From NCBI GenBank assembly GCA_051294375.1, contig CM119265.1:17077172-17141171 (forward strand): a stretch of DNA of 64,000 bases, in the 5' to 3' direction. The position numbers and the translations under genes are program-made. Each line of letters opens with the position of its first letter. The first letter of the stretch is position 1. Positions 1-29,477 of this stretch are shown piece by piece. The DNA is from Paraspadella gotoi. Lineage: Eukaryota; Animalia; Chaetognatha. The notes beneath the pieces were generated by a model. That model worked only from the letters and a program-made list of their open reading frames with translations, did not search any database and was not told the DNA's origin.

Positions 1-465
1 AAAGCGGAAAAATCACAAAAAAATCTTAGCCTAAGCTTAGGCTTTGAAAAAAAATTTGTAGACAATTAGTCACCAAACGTGTTTACATATGACGCTTGCT
101 TCGTCCTAAGTAAAAGTTCTACGATTTGAAAAAAACACAAGGACGAACATGATGAAATGTGATGAAAATTGTTAAAGAATCGTAAACGTATGCAAAAATC
201 ATTGTCGAACTTAACAGTAATCAAGAGGGAAAAAAAAATTCGGAGAATGGAGTTTTTTTTTCCCTCCGGTTTGGCCGCATCCTCGATAACCTTTGGGCGA
301 AGGAGGGCGTCGGTGAGGCTGTTTCTCGCCCACCCTCTCATTCAAAGTCTTCGACTCTGGAGATTCGATGAGCAGCCGACCCAAAGGCAGTCGAAGATCC
401 TTCTTCTCAAAGACGGAAGAGGAGGGGGCCAGGGTCGATCGGGAGGATCAGGAACGGGTCAGATA

Positions 466-538
<73 letters not shown>

Positions 539-541
539 AGA

Positions 542-575
<34 letters not shown>

Positions 576-684
576 GCACGAACCCGGGCTTCCTGCTCGT
601 CTTCCTCCTCTTCTCAACCCGGTCGCCGCCAGTCACGAAGGAAGTAGTTTCTGAATTCTGTGTCTCTTTCCGACTTAAAAAGCG

Positions 685-1795
685 ACCAGTGGCTGCGACA
701 AAAACATGTATCGTTAACATATATTTTTAAACAAATCTTGTAAAAAAAAATAAGTAAAAAAAAGTAAAAAAAAGATCAATACCAAATCTTTAAAATTAAA
801 TATACCCGATAAAAAATCATATAAAATATTAAACATCACGAACAATAAAAGTATGTTAAGAAGTCACAAGCTTGTAAGATAAAAAAAATATTAAAATTCA
901 AATCAATAAATTATTAAATTATCTAAATACATTTAGAAATTTTTTTTTAAAAATTCACTTTTTTGCGTCGAAAGTTAGTGAAAAACGCCCAAAAATATGT
1001 GCAGCACAACTGAACACATATCAAGTAAACTTATGCTATCGCAAACTGTTCAAATACCATTGATAAAATAAGATTTGACGTAAATTCAAAAAAAAAATGC
1101 CCAAAATTTGATAGGTCGTTATGTCACTCAAGAAAGACTAAAAATTTAATAGTTGCTGGACCGGACTGAAGTCCCGACGCGACTCAAAATTTTTTTCAAA
1201 TCATAGTTTCAGTTAAGCTAAGACGCGTGACTTTTCAGAATTTTTGTCTATTATATTTTATTATAAATCACTTTAGTGAAAAATGTGTATGTTTTTTCGT
1301 CTATTTAACTTTTTCTACCTACTTAGAGAATTTGTCTCTAACTTTCTTTACTATGCACCCACTAGATCTTTAATTGTACCTGCTTTTCAACAAAATAACA
1401 AATATTTATAGGTTTTTGTCTTAATAAACCAAAGAGCATTTTTAAAAATAAAACGGCAATAAAATTTTGTTTAAAACTTTAGCTGCACCCACTAGATATT
1501 CACTTGCACCTGCTCTTTAACAAAATAACAATTGTTTTTTTAAATTTTTATTATTTTAAATATTTAAAAAAAAATATTGGATATTTTTAACAAGTATTTT
1601 TTTCTTATTCTATTTTATTCTATTTATTTTTCTATATCTTTATCAAAGCATTTTCATCATATATCAAATATGGAAACAAAAATATTATTTTGATTTATAA
1701 AATATTATTGCAAATACTAAAATGATATTAGTGCCACAAAAACAGTTCAGTTCAAGCCCTGAAAGTAAATTTCGTTTATTGTCGCAGCCACTGGT
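685..1795. mobile_element. Non-autonomous DNA transposon/MITE-like element (~1.1 kb)
   Basis: Perfect 17-bp terminal inverted repeats accagtggctgcgacaa (685-701) and ttgtcgcagccactggt (1779-1795). The interior is AT-rich and non-coding, with a ~55-bp duplication (1354 and 1484). No clear target-site duplication. Confidence 0.6.
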
Positions 1796-2045
1796 TATTT
1801 TCGCTTGTTAAAAACCTATATGAACTTTCACTTAATGTACATTTTTTTCCCAAACAAAAAAGTTGTAAAAGAATATGTAGCAATAAACTAACTCATTTTT
1901 GCTGCAGTTGCTAACTTTATTATTTTTTCTATCAAGCTATAATTTCCAAACTTTTTGTCCGCTTCGTCTTTAAAATTAAAAACAAACTACCCTAGAATAA
2001 TGATGAATTTACTGTTTTATATTTGGCCGTTTAAAAGCATTACAT

Positions 2046-2051
2046 TTTATT
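2046..2051 (-). promoter_or_regulatory. Candidate poly(A) signal (AATAAA) of alpha-spectrin
   Basis: AATAAA on the minus strand ~460 nt after the stop. The context is AT-rich, so the evidence is weak. Confidence 0.35.
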
Positions 2052-2506
2052 TCATCTAAGCGCCTAAAAATGGATTTAATAGACTTGTGGATAATAATGC
2101 ATCGGATTTAAAAGTTAAATCTGGTGTTCAATTAAAAAAACAAATCACATGCAGCTAGGAATCAAAATCTCCATTTGTGAAGATATTCATTGAAGCGTTT
2201 TAAAATAATGCCAAAATGATTAAATCAACCAGCCATTTGTAGCCTTGTGAATGCGAGTTTGGTCTATTTAGTTAAAATGCAATAATCTTAATAAATATTA
2301 CGGAAAAAGCACAATTTGTCCAAGAGGACCAGTAAAAGGTGTAGTTGCTTCCAATGCATGCGGAAAATCAGAAAGTTTCACCAGACTAGAAAGCGAAGAC
2401 AACTAAAACGAATACGTTTGGATAAATATTAGGCTATTAAATCATGAGGAATTATCCAACTGACATTCAACGTTAAGCTATGCAAAATAAATGATCACGA
2501 TCTATC

Positions 2507-19754
<17,248 letters not shown>

Positions 19755-20366
19755 TTTAATTTCACGGGCGAAGCTTTGAGACAATGTTTCTATTTAATAT
19801 CTTAAGTTTGGAGAGGGCATTAAGTCGCAAAGAGATCTGTCAAAAAGAGTTATACGAAAAAACGAGTTAACGATAGCAACATTTTAAAACTAAAAAGGAA
19901 ACCGACTTTAGCCGATTCTCCTCTCAAAGTTCAAACATTAAATGAACTGGTGAAAATTTCGATAAGGCACAATCTTTGGATCAACAATAAAGAAAAGACG
20001 TTACAAATTTTAAAATTCGTAGCAAAGGCTGCTTTCGACCTTGACTAAATTCATTTACTTCTAGGTATTATTGTATATAATACACATACAAAATTGTAGC
20101 AGCTCAAGTGATTGGTCGCTATATGGTAACTGCGAAAATAAATCGCTTGAGTAAGGAAGAAATTTGGTTTCAATAAAATGTAAAAAAACTTGTTTATTGT
20201 ACCAAATACTGAAGAGTAAATAAATCGAAAGAAACTAAATACACGAAAAAAATCAGCATTACGAATTAAGAGACAGGGACATTTTGAATTTAAAAGTCAT
20301 AATCGGAAATTAGAACGACGCAACAGCCTCTGCAAAACTATGTATATATTTGGTATAACGGCTAAA

Positions 20367-20566
20367 TTTTACTTTCGTCGACCGCGGTTTTGGCGGGTTT
20401 TGAAAAACCATTTAAAAATAATTATTTTGTAAAAAAAAATTAAAAAAAATATTACCTCATTACCCTATCCCTAAACCCTCCTAACCCTAACCACCCCTAA
20501 CCCTAAACCACCCTTAAACCAACCTTAGCTCTCACCCCTCCCTAACCCCGGTCGGCGAAAGTAAAA
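20367..20566. mobile_element. ~200-bp MITE-like element with degenerate (TAACCC)n interior
   Basis: 18-bp inverted repeats ttttactttcgtcgaccg / cggtcggcgaaagtaaaa (1 mismatch) enclose ccctaa-like repeats at ~20455-20548. Confidence 0.55.
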
Positions 20567-20649
20567 GTAACGCGGCATAACTACAAGGTGATAAAAAAGT
20601 TATATAACACGGCAATTGACAAACAAATTTTCGTGAGTGTCGAGTATTA

Positions 20650-21549
20650 TCAAAGTTTGGAGGGTGAAGTAACATTTGTTACATGCTTAGCCCGCTTTCT
20701 TTTGTGCTTCTTTCTCTTCTGTTTTCTCGTTTCTTCTTCCTGGATCCATTTTTCTTTAGAGGTTGGTTCCAACTCAACATCGTTTGCGTCCAAGACGTTT
20801 GACTTGTCGATCTTTCGTGGGCGATTTTTGGGTCTCCGACCTCGTTTTGACTTTCGTTGACAAAACTTGCCTTTGAATCCCGGGCGACATTTGCAAATGT
20901 CATCGCGGATGCAGACGCCCCTTCGGCTGCAATCGTTCTTGCAGTGGACGCCGAGTTCACAGCGTCGGCCCACGAAACCCTTGGTGCAAAGGCAGTCCCC
21001 GTAAGGAGTGCATATTCCCCCATTTTCGCATTTTTGGACGAGGCAAGTTTCGTTCTGGAGTCGGCAAATTTTTCCCAGGCGGAGTCGGATCGGCGATCCT
21101 TCCAGCGGCTTTCCGTTGTCGTATCTCACTTCAAAAACTAGTTTGAAGTTGGCGACACCGGCTTTGAGACCCGTGCAGGGAAGGGAAACTCGAAAGTCAG
21201 TGGGTTCTTTGGGAATTTCGCCCGTTCTTGGAATAGATAGTTTCAGTCCTTCCATTATGGCGGGATCCTCGGCCTTAATTCTCAGGAACTTGTAGGTGTA
21301 CTTCCGCTTACCCTTCCCGCTGGACCAGGTCACGTTGATCGAGTCGGCCAACGGAGGAATGGGGGGCAGGTTGGCAGTGAACTTAGTACCCCGACGCAGA
21401 TAATCTGCCAGTTTGTCGTGCTCGATGATTACGATTTCCATGGGGACTCCAGCGAAGGCGCGTACTTCATCCTCACCAATCCACATGGACACCTTAGCCA
21501 GCGATAGCTGCAGCGTCGCCAGAATGAGTATAGCTATTTTCCCATTCAT
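20650..21549 (-). CDS. WIF1: Secreted WIF1/Shifted-like protein (signal peptide + WIF domain + 2 EGF-like repeats + basic tail), single coding exon
   Basis: 299-aa ORF. Hydrophobic N-terminus MNGKIAILILATLQLSLA. WIF-domain motifs (MWIGEDEV, LPPIP..SINVTWSSG, LSIPRTGEIPKEPTDFRVSLPCTG..GVANF, GSPIRLRLGKIC). Two EGF repeats (CENGGIC..CLCTKGFVGRRC; CSRRGVC..CKCRPGFKGKFC) and a K/R-rich C-terminus. Confidence 0.92.
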   Translation of the reverse strand: MNGKIAILILATLQLSLAKVSMWIGEDEVRAFAGVPMEIVIIEHDKLADYLRRGTKFTANLPPIPPLADSINVTWSSGKGKRKYTYKFLRIKAEDPAIMEGLKLSIPRTGEIPKEPTDFRVSLPCTGLKAGVANFKLVFEVRYDNGKPLEGSPIRLRLGKICRLQNETCLVQKCENGGICTPYGDCLCTKGFVGRRCELGVHCKNDCSRRGVCIRDDICKCRPGFKGKFCQRKSKRGRRPKNRPRKIDKSNVLDANDVELEPTSKEKWIQEEETRKQKRKKHKRKRAKHVTNVTSPSKL

Positions 21550-22443
21550 TTTTTCTCTTTTTTTTTTTTTTGGTTACATTCGCCTTTGTGTTGTTTTTTT
21601 TTTCCTATCGAGTTCAATCTTTACATCGTCGTTTTTTTCTTTGTTTCTTGCCCCTTGTTTTCAATAAGAGCTAATATATATGAATTTCATAGAAGAATAA
21701 TTAAGATTTTTTCTTGATTTGGAACAGTGACTCATGTCACTGCACACAGGAGGGGTCAAATATGGCGGCCGGTAATGTATGCTAATTTGATGAAGGCAAG
21801 GCTCATTTGTCTTCTTTGAAATAACATCTTTGAGCGACCTCTGTGGGACTGATCCTTAACTTTTTAATATAAATATATTACGTTGAGGTTTGACTAAAGG
21901 AAAACAAAAGGTAACGCAATTACCCATTATTGTGAGAAGTGAAAATTGCATACTAAGCACCCCACCGCATTGCGCTGGGTGTTTTTAAATAATTTTTTGC
22001 CGGTTATAGCTTTAAATCATTGGTAATACCTAACTACATATTTATATCTGCTACCGAGCGCCCCAGATATGCTGCATCGTAAGATTTACGAATTTGATTC
22101 CCCCCTGCTCAAGGCTCTTTGGAATGCAAACCTTTTTTCCTGCGATTATCAGTTGCACTTTATTCTTTAGTCTTTAGAGAGGCAATGCAAATCGAGACTT
22201 CAAACCCAACAATTAAACCTTTGTAGCGGTACAAAAGTCATTTTATTGGAAACAAAATAACAGACGTTTAATGTCCAAGAGATTATAAGGCGAATGAACA
22301 GAGGTACTGATCATTGATCAAGTAAAGAGAGAGAGCGTGAGTCAGTAACCTGCTTCCATCGCAATGCTAAACACAGTGGCCAATTCGGGTTGACCCCGTG
22401 GTGGCGAAACCTTCGTCGCCACATCCCCGCCCCCCTCGAAAAG

Positions 22444-23123
22444 TCAGAAAGACTTGCTTCTTGATGGGTTCGGTGAGCGTGGATGAGGAACGAACGTTTG
22501 TCTTGTCCTGGTTGGTGGCCCGCATCTCCGGTTGGGCGGCGCCGCGTAAATGAAGGCATAAATTCTTCGAGGCTGACCAGGAGGCGGCGGACCCGATGTA
22601 TGAAGCGGCAAAGTCAGCTTTTGGGGCAGGCGTGCCGATTGGTGAACCCTTAGAGCTGGCCGGTGAGTCATCCGAAATGGCTTGGGAACAATTGGAGCCA
22701 ACCGGTGAGACATAGGAGAATGGAGATGGCCTTTTTTCTTAAATAAAAGAGACAATTTGACAGTTAAGACGATAAAAAGATAAAACGATAAGGTGGTGAA
22801 AACTGAGCAGGCCGGTCATGAATGGGGATTTGGCCGGTGATGCGTCGGCGCCAGTCGTTGATTCATCTGCGCTGGCCGGTGAGGCAGTCGGACAGCTCGT
22901 TTTGCCGCGATGGCGAAGCCAATGAGACGGTGGGCGTCATTTGGCAAGGTTGGCGATGACAGCCGAGTGTCATTAAGGACTTCGATCGCCGCCGACATAG
23001 TGTCTGCCCTTAAATTGAGTCGGCCGCCTTTTTTTCCAAAGTAGTAACTTCGGCGTTGACCATGATGATGACGTCCGTCCGCCCGGCGGTGTCTTTGTAT
23101 AAAGGATCGTTGGAGATTGACAT
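22444..23123 (-). pseudogene. Possible decayed or disrupted coding sequence (H/R/P-rich)
   Basis: GC-rich island with consecutive minus-strand ORF pieces (MSISNDPLYKD..., MSAAIEVLND..., KKGHLHSPMSHRLAP...). They share HRLAP/HRPA-type motifs but are broken by a frameshift and a stop. I recognise no homology. Confidence 0.25.
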
Positions 23124-23275
23124 GGAGGCGGTAGAAGCATTTACCGTTTTGACTTTTAAAATTTCAGTGGAGATGTCACCCAGCCAGGAGGGGACGCTTT
23201 AACATTTTAATGCTGGGCGGAGTACAATATAGTATTCCCCGATCTAATACGGGAGTGGTCTTTTCATACAATTGA

Positions 23276-23580
23276 AAGCTTGCAGGGACCTGCTATGTCA
23301 TGATGTTGTAAGAGTGATACAGGCCTTAAACCTCCAAAGGTCCAAAGCCAGTCAAACGTCAGGGGCAAGATAGCTTATTTATCAAATGAATGGATAATTG
23401 TTATATTGGTTGTAACAATTTCATAAACTAGACAGTCTTGCTTGAAAACTTGCAGGGTTTATCGATATTATCATCTTGCAAAATGAATGAAGGCCTTAAC
23501 CTATCATATCCTGCCCAAAGTCAGTGGCGAGAGCCAAGATAGCCAAAAGGTGGATAATTTTAATATTTGTTATAACAATT
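23276..23580 (-). repeat. Two tandem diverged units (~170 bp) of the same dispersed repeat
   Basis: Units at ~23276-23420 and ~23445-23580 share cttgcaggg..aggcctta..ccaaag.cagt..caagatagc..tggataatt..taacaatt. Confidence 0.65.
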
Positions 23581-25357
23581 CAAATAATTAAATACAACAA
23601 TAGAAATAGGGTTTGTTTTATTTCGAGCATTAACATTGAACAAGTTATAATTTGAATCAGGGAAATAGATCTGTGCGACAATTTTTCTTCTCAATAAAAT
23701 GTAAAATTTTGAGCATTTTTGCTACCAATATGTTAATGATTATAAAGGCAACCTTGAGAAATAGATTAGTTTTTACAAAAATTAACAATTTGGAAGATAC
23801 CCTGAACAATCAATATACAACTAATAAAAACTATTCAGACAATTATTTTAAAATTTTCGGAGAAAGCTGATGAAATTTATGAAGTTTTGTTGGGGTGATA
23901 AGTTTTTCATACTGTTAAAGTAATGGACACATGTCTTATGTATGCCTGAAGATCCTTTTTATAGAAAAATATTAATGTAAGTGGGGAAATTTAGTCAATA
24001 GGCTGAGTTATGAAAAAAATATAGATTGGTTTTTTTATTCTGTCAATCTAAAACTGTTACAAAAATATTTCACTGCATTGCAGTTTTGTACTTTTTATTA
24101 TTGTATGTATAAAATTATTTCATAAAAACTTTGTAAAGTTAAATAAATAAAGAGTAACTTTATTCCATCATAATGCATTTTGAAATATATCATGACTTTT
24201 TCAGAGTATTAAATTTAAACATATCCAAATTTTATTTTAAGATAAATTACAGACCCATATCTACTAATATTTCTATATGGGTGAAATTTATTAGATAATA
24301 TACTGAGTAATGTTTATGATGATTACTATTATTTCAATGTTGTGCTTTGAAGCCTTATAGTTATTTTGTGACTTTGACGTTAGGTTTATTGTTTGTTGTT
24401 ATCGTACGGCGGAAGAAATAAAAACTCAATTATAGTATCCAGATTTTGATTCAAGCATCCCAAAAAACTTGGTCAACGTTTTTACCTTTACTATGGCTAA
24501 GTACGGCACCCTTTCTCCCTAAGTTGTTGACCAGTGACCACATGATCACTTAGTTTGCTATCACCATTTTTATCACTTTAATTACCATTTTTATTGGCTA
24601 TTATTTTTTACCTACCTCGAAAAAACTGTGATTAATTTGTTGTAATTTTAAACTCGATTCAAAAATTATTTTCCATTGAAATCTGGTGTTGAATCCTTTT
24701 CCTTAATTCGAAAAAGTAATTAAGTGTCTACTAAGTCTTAGTCCACTTACTTCTTTGTACGTACTTTTTTCATTTATATTTTACATACATATGTATAAGA
24801 ATTGATTGAATCCACTGTTTTACATCGAACTTGCTTTCATAATGAGTCTAATTGCAGTGCATCGGCAGCCGCTTATTTTATGTACTTAAATTATCTGGTA
24901 TTTATATAAATTTATATTTAAATTTAAAGCTACAAAAAATTTACAAACATTAAACCTACAGAAAACAATGGTTAACATTTAGCCTACTGTAAGCTACCGC
25001 TATCTCTATGATAGACCATGACGGCTAAGTTATTTCAAAAATACTACTGTTATTACTGCTCATGAGTATCATCTATATTTTTAAATAATTTTGTGTCAAT
25101 CGAACTTTACTGGATGTTTAAAATTTAAAATAAAAAATAAAATTATAACGTGCATAAAAAACTGCATATTCATATTTCATTTTACTTAGTGATATAATGT
25201 GTGAATCAGGATCTGTTAACTACTAGCAGTCAGTTTCGCAAATAGTTCGTGGTTTTTTTATTATGATTTATAAGGCTTGGGTAGTGTGTTAAATCTGGGA
25301 TGACAATGCTATGACGTTTCTAAGTAAGGCCTCGTTACTCTTAGATTAATTTGGTTT

Positions 25358-27461
25358 TCAGAAATCCAATATAGCGCCACTGTACGAAGGACAAAACCTA
25401 AAAAAGTGTAAGTAGCATTGACTTTTTATGTTTTAGAAGGGATATATTTTTAATTATATTTATGTTACCTTCTTTTAATGAAGTACCAAGAGCATGTTCC
25501 AATAAGGATCAACAGTATACTTGAAAATGCAATTGAGGAAGTGATGATAACTGCAATGAATTAATTATAAGTTATTATCTTAAACTTTTATAACCTTGTT
25601 ATTTAGACTCTTGACTGACTCAGATCAATGTATGATCTATACCTTTCTATTTATTTTCAAGAGTGAAAAATAAGATGTGGATCGTTTTCTTTCATTGAAA
25701 ACTTTAACTAACCCCATAAAAACAATGTAAAATGGTTTAATTTAGTCCTTACTCGCAAGTTTTTTTCTTCCGCATTCAGTTTCGTTGTCGATAGGTATCT
25801 CAAAAACGCAGATGTTTGGATCATAAAAATAAGGTGGCTTGGTGGGTCTATTTTCTTTTTTCAGAATATTTTCGGTTGTGTTCATTCCATCGTTTGTATC
25901 ATTTGCGCTTTGCGTAGAATTTTCCTTTTAATGGTATCAAAAAAAATGTTTTTTTTTAATGTAAATTTAAGAATTTTTTAAATTTTATATGCTTACTTCG
26001 ATAAATTCTACCAAGTCGTTTAAAGTTGATCTTGAAGCGACACTTCTTGCCTTGATCGCATTCACGTCATAGCCTTTGCTCACTCGCTCAGTTTTATTGC
26101 TTTTCTCCCTTCCATTATTTTCTGCCTCACTATTGGCAATCAGTTGCTGTTCAGTCTGCTTCGGTCCAACCGGTGTAGCGCTCATCAATGTGACCGTTGC
26201 CACGGTCCCTTCGACATCCTCAAAAAGATTGGCAATGCTGTCCGGATGATCGAATTCAATTAGGTGACCTAATGATGAGCAAATATTTTAAAATTTTCAA
26301 AATGGGATGAAAGTTACGCATGTTGCTATATGCCATATGGCATACGTTCATATTAATCCAAGCGAGTACCTGACAAATGAGTTGGAGTTGAGTAGAGATA
26401 GGGTGAGGAGGAATGCGAAGCTCGGGTTTGTGAGGATGACGATGACTGACGGATTTGAGATTGAGTTCGAACTTGTGAACTTGTCTCTCGTTCGCCCTCC
26501 ACTTTTGACGAAATTCGCTGCGAAATAATTCAGCAAAAAAGATTCATAAATCGCATATACGATCATTTTATTTTAAAGTACAACTCACCGGCGTTTGAGA
26601 GAGCATCGAAACGGTTTTGTCCTTCTGACCAAAATCCGCGTTTTTGGCGGCGAACATCGACCACTTGGCCGATGACGACGAAGCGGACATTTCGGCGTCG
26701 CCCCGGTCAGTGAGTCCCTGAGCGCTTTTTTCGCGACGGACTCTCGGCACCCTCGACGACGAGGCCGTTAAGAACGACAAGATGGCGGCCGCGTCACGAG
26801 ACGAACGCCTCTTCAACTTTGTCGGGTTTTCGTCGAAGGGAAAAGTCGCTTTGGAATCGGTCGTCGCTGCCTTAGTCGTTTTCCCCGCGAGAATCGAAAT
26901 AGATTTCGCCGACTTTGTTGTTCGAAAGACATCGTCAAAGCCAAAAACCGTCCGTGACTGGAGGAGCGGAAGAGAAGAATATCAGACACTAGCCCATTAG
27001 TAATAAAGATAAAATTAGTAATAAATATATTTTGGAGTGAAATAATAAATATTTAAGACAAAGTTTTTCGGCATTATCAAGGAGAGTTTATAACAGCTGG
27101 GATTAATTATATCACGTAACGTCGTTATTTTAAAACAAGATTAATCGAAATGTTGACAACAAAAAATTTTACCGGCGTCAAATGTCGGCTTTTAGAAGAT
27201 TTTGTATCCATCGAAGCGGCTCCAACGCCCTCTGTTTCTGGGACGAAAAACTTTGAGAAATCGCCCCTTTCTCTCCTCGCTCCCAACTTTCCTGCTTCAT
27301 TTGCATAAAACCCAGGCGAGATTTCAGCGCCGGGAAAAGAAAAACCATTCTTTCCAGCATTGAGAGTCTCCCTTTCGCTTTCGTCCTCTTGAACGTCGTC
27401 GTATTTTCGCCGCTTGTTCATCCTTTCTCTTCCACTTTTAGCGAAACCCTCGAAAGGGAAT
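25358..27461 (-). CDS. Uncharacterised single-pass membrane protein; at least 7 exons, 5' end uncertain
   Basis: Exons ~27461-27173, 26957-26589, 26517-26370, 26268-25997, 25924-25753, 25550-25469 and 25397-25358 join with GT-AG boundaries and consistent phases (0,0,1,0,1,2). They give a S/T-rich region, a hydrophobic helix IIITSSIAFSSILLILIGTCSWYFI, a KRR stop-transfer and a short tail FCPSYSGAILDF*. Confidence 0.75.
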
Positions 27462-28274
27462 CTAAGCGGCAAAGCGGAATCACCTTTTCGAACCGGCCGT
27501 TGCGCCGTCGACGAGGCTCAAGGATTTCTCCTGTTTTTTTTGTTTTTTTTTGTGGGGGGTTTGGGGGTGGGGGTTTGGGGGTGGGGGGGTGGGGAAGAAC
27601 GGGAAGATGAAAGATCAGACGTTAATGTTTAACGAATCAAGTTATTTTCTCTCTTACTATTGAATTCCGGAACCTTCACGTTTATATTTACCTTTACATT
27701 TTTTTTGGTAGTTGCTATTTCTCTGTGTAATATTCAGTTACTGTTAAATTTTAACTCTATTAACGAGATGATTTGATAATATTACCCATCCAAAACTCTG
27801 TCACTGTCGCAGATGCGACGGACGTACCGGCAGAAGATTTAAAAAGACAGTCATAGGACTTTCTCCCCGACAATAATGAAAAGATCATTAAGTGGAAGGA
27901 AGAATGTTAAGGAGCTGAATGGAACGGAGACCAGGGGATTCTGATACAAAGAGAAGATGAGAAAGGAAAACCGAGGTATTCCATTAGGAGCCCGAAATGT
28001 GAAGTCGGAATGAGACCTGGGGCTATTGGTTGTTGGCCGTATAGTGATGAAAAACTCAACGGGCTCTTACATAGAGAGAGAGAGAGAGAGGAAATAAGGA
28101 AATTCGACAACGTGACATAAGAAGTGTAAATATTATTTACACTTATACTATTTACACTTATTTACACTTAATTTATAGAAATATATATTTAATTCTTATT
28201 TCCGTGAACAATTCAAGTATTTCTTTTTCATCTTTTTTTTTAACCCTTTTTTAAAATTCAATCTTTATTCCTTT

Positions 28275-28354
<80 letters not shown>

Positions 28355-29431
28355 TTCTCTTTCTGCAAAGTTGTTACAACTGGATCGAACGAATCATACT
28401 CTCAAAGGTCCACTTTTTTTCCCGCCGTCCCACCTTTTTCGCTTCCAGTTTTCCATTCGTCTTTTTCCCGCGTAGCGGGATTTTCCTGCTGCCGGAACGC
28501 CGCTCACGCTTCCGGCGCTCATTTAAAGGGGGCGAAGATAAATCGACGCCGGCCGACGACGACGACGACGCCCGGCGCTCGGAATGCGGAGGCAGGGTTT
28601 CGTCTTTTGTTTGAGACACTGTCATAGACGTCGATCCGGTCGTCCATTCGTTGTGGTCGTCTTTCCAAGATCGGCCCAATTTTCGACCTTGCCGTCGGAA
28701 CTGCTGCGGGCGTCCCATGGGATTGGACGACGCCGATTCCTGCGCCGTCGGACGATAGTGAAGGCGCGACAGTCCCGTGGGGGTCGTGATTGCGTCAGTG
28801 AAAAATCTGGAGCTAAGACGTAGATAGGCGTAGGGATGGTCCGGAAGATTTTTCTGAAAAGATTAAGAAAATTTGGAAATCGACTAGTAACAATAATACA
28901 GCTTGCATCATATACAATAAACATTGTACAATGTACATACTACATGGTATACTCTATACATAATACCTGAGGCGATATTTTCCTCGAGTGTTTCGAAGTC
29001 TCTCCGATTTCGGAAGTGTTTCGCTGAATCGATGACGCGGCAACTAATCAATAGTAAAGTTCATTAATGTAAAGGAAGACCATAAACTCGCTTTCCCTGC
29101 GATTGGCTATGGAAATAATTTTGCGCTTACAAGTTACATACACAATTACACATTACAAATATTGTGTAATATACATAGGTTAGGAGTGCTTAATTTCACA
29201 AATGACTTTTACTTCGGGGAAATTTTAATCAAAACAAAAAGTGATTTTTTTTTTTCGCTCTCTTTTTTAAATTTTTATATGAATTTCTTCGTCTTCAGTC
29301 GTTTATTTTTATGAGGGATAATAAAATCGAATACCGTTTTTTTTCTACGTACTACAATTTTAAAAGTCAAAATACTATTCCTTTCTCCAAGTTCTTTCCT
29401 CAGGGTGATCTCGGGCCGGTTAAATAAGGCT

Positions 29432-29477
29432 TTATGGTGGACTAAAATCCACCAACCGTTCATCAGCGGCCATTGGT
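29432..29477 (+). repeat. Truncated fragment of the twister-bearing element (5' part only)
   Basis: 46-nt exact reverse complement of 3784-3829, including the TGGTGGA-ctaaaa-TCCACCA hairpin and the start of the tRNA-like head. Confidence 0.8.

Noticed and set aside
169-730. ORFs rich in RE/ER or SL (and the many similar ones from 30-64 kb)
   Set aside because: They are translations of (GA)n, (CT)n and (TTTTC)n microsatellites.
20455-20548. True interstitial telomere
   Set aside because: The tract is short, degenerate and enclosed in inverted termini.
27810-28070. Exon-like plus-strand stretch (DATDVPAEDLKRQS*...)
   Set aside because: It has two in-frame stops and no recognisable homology.
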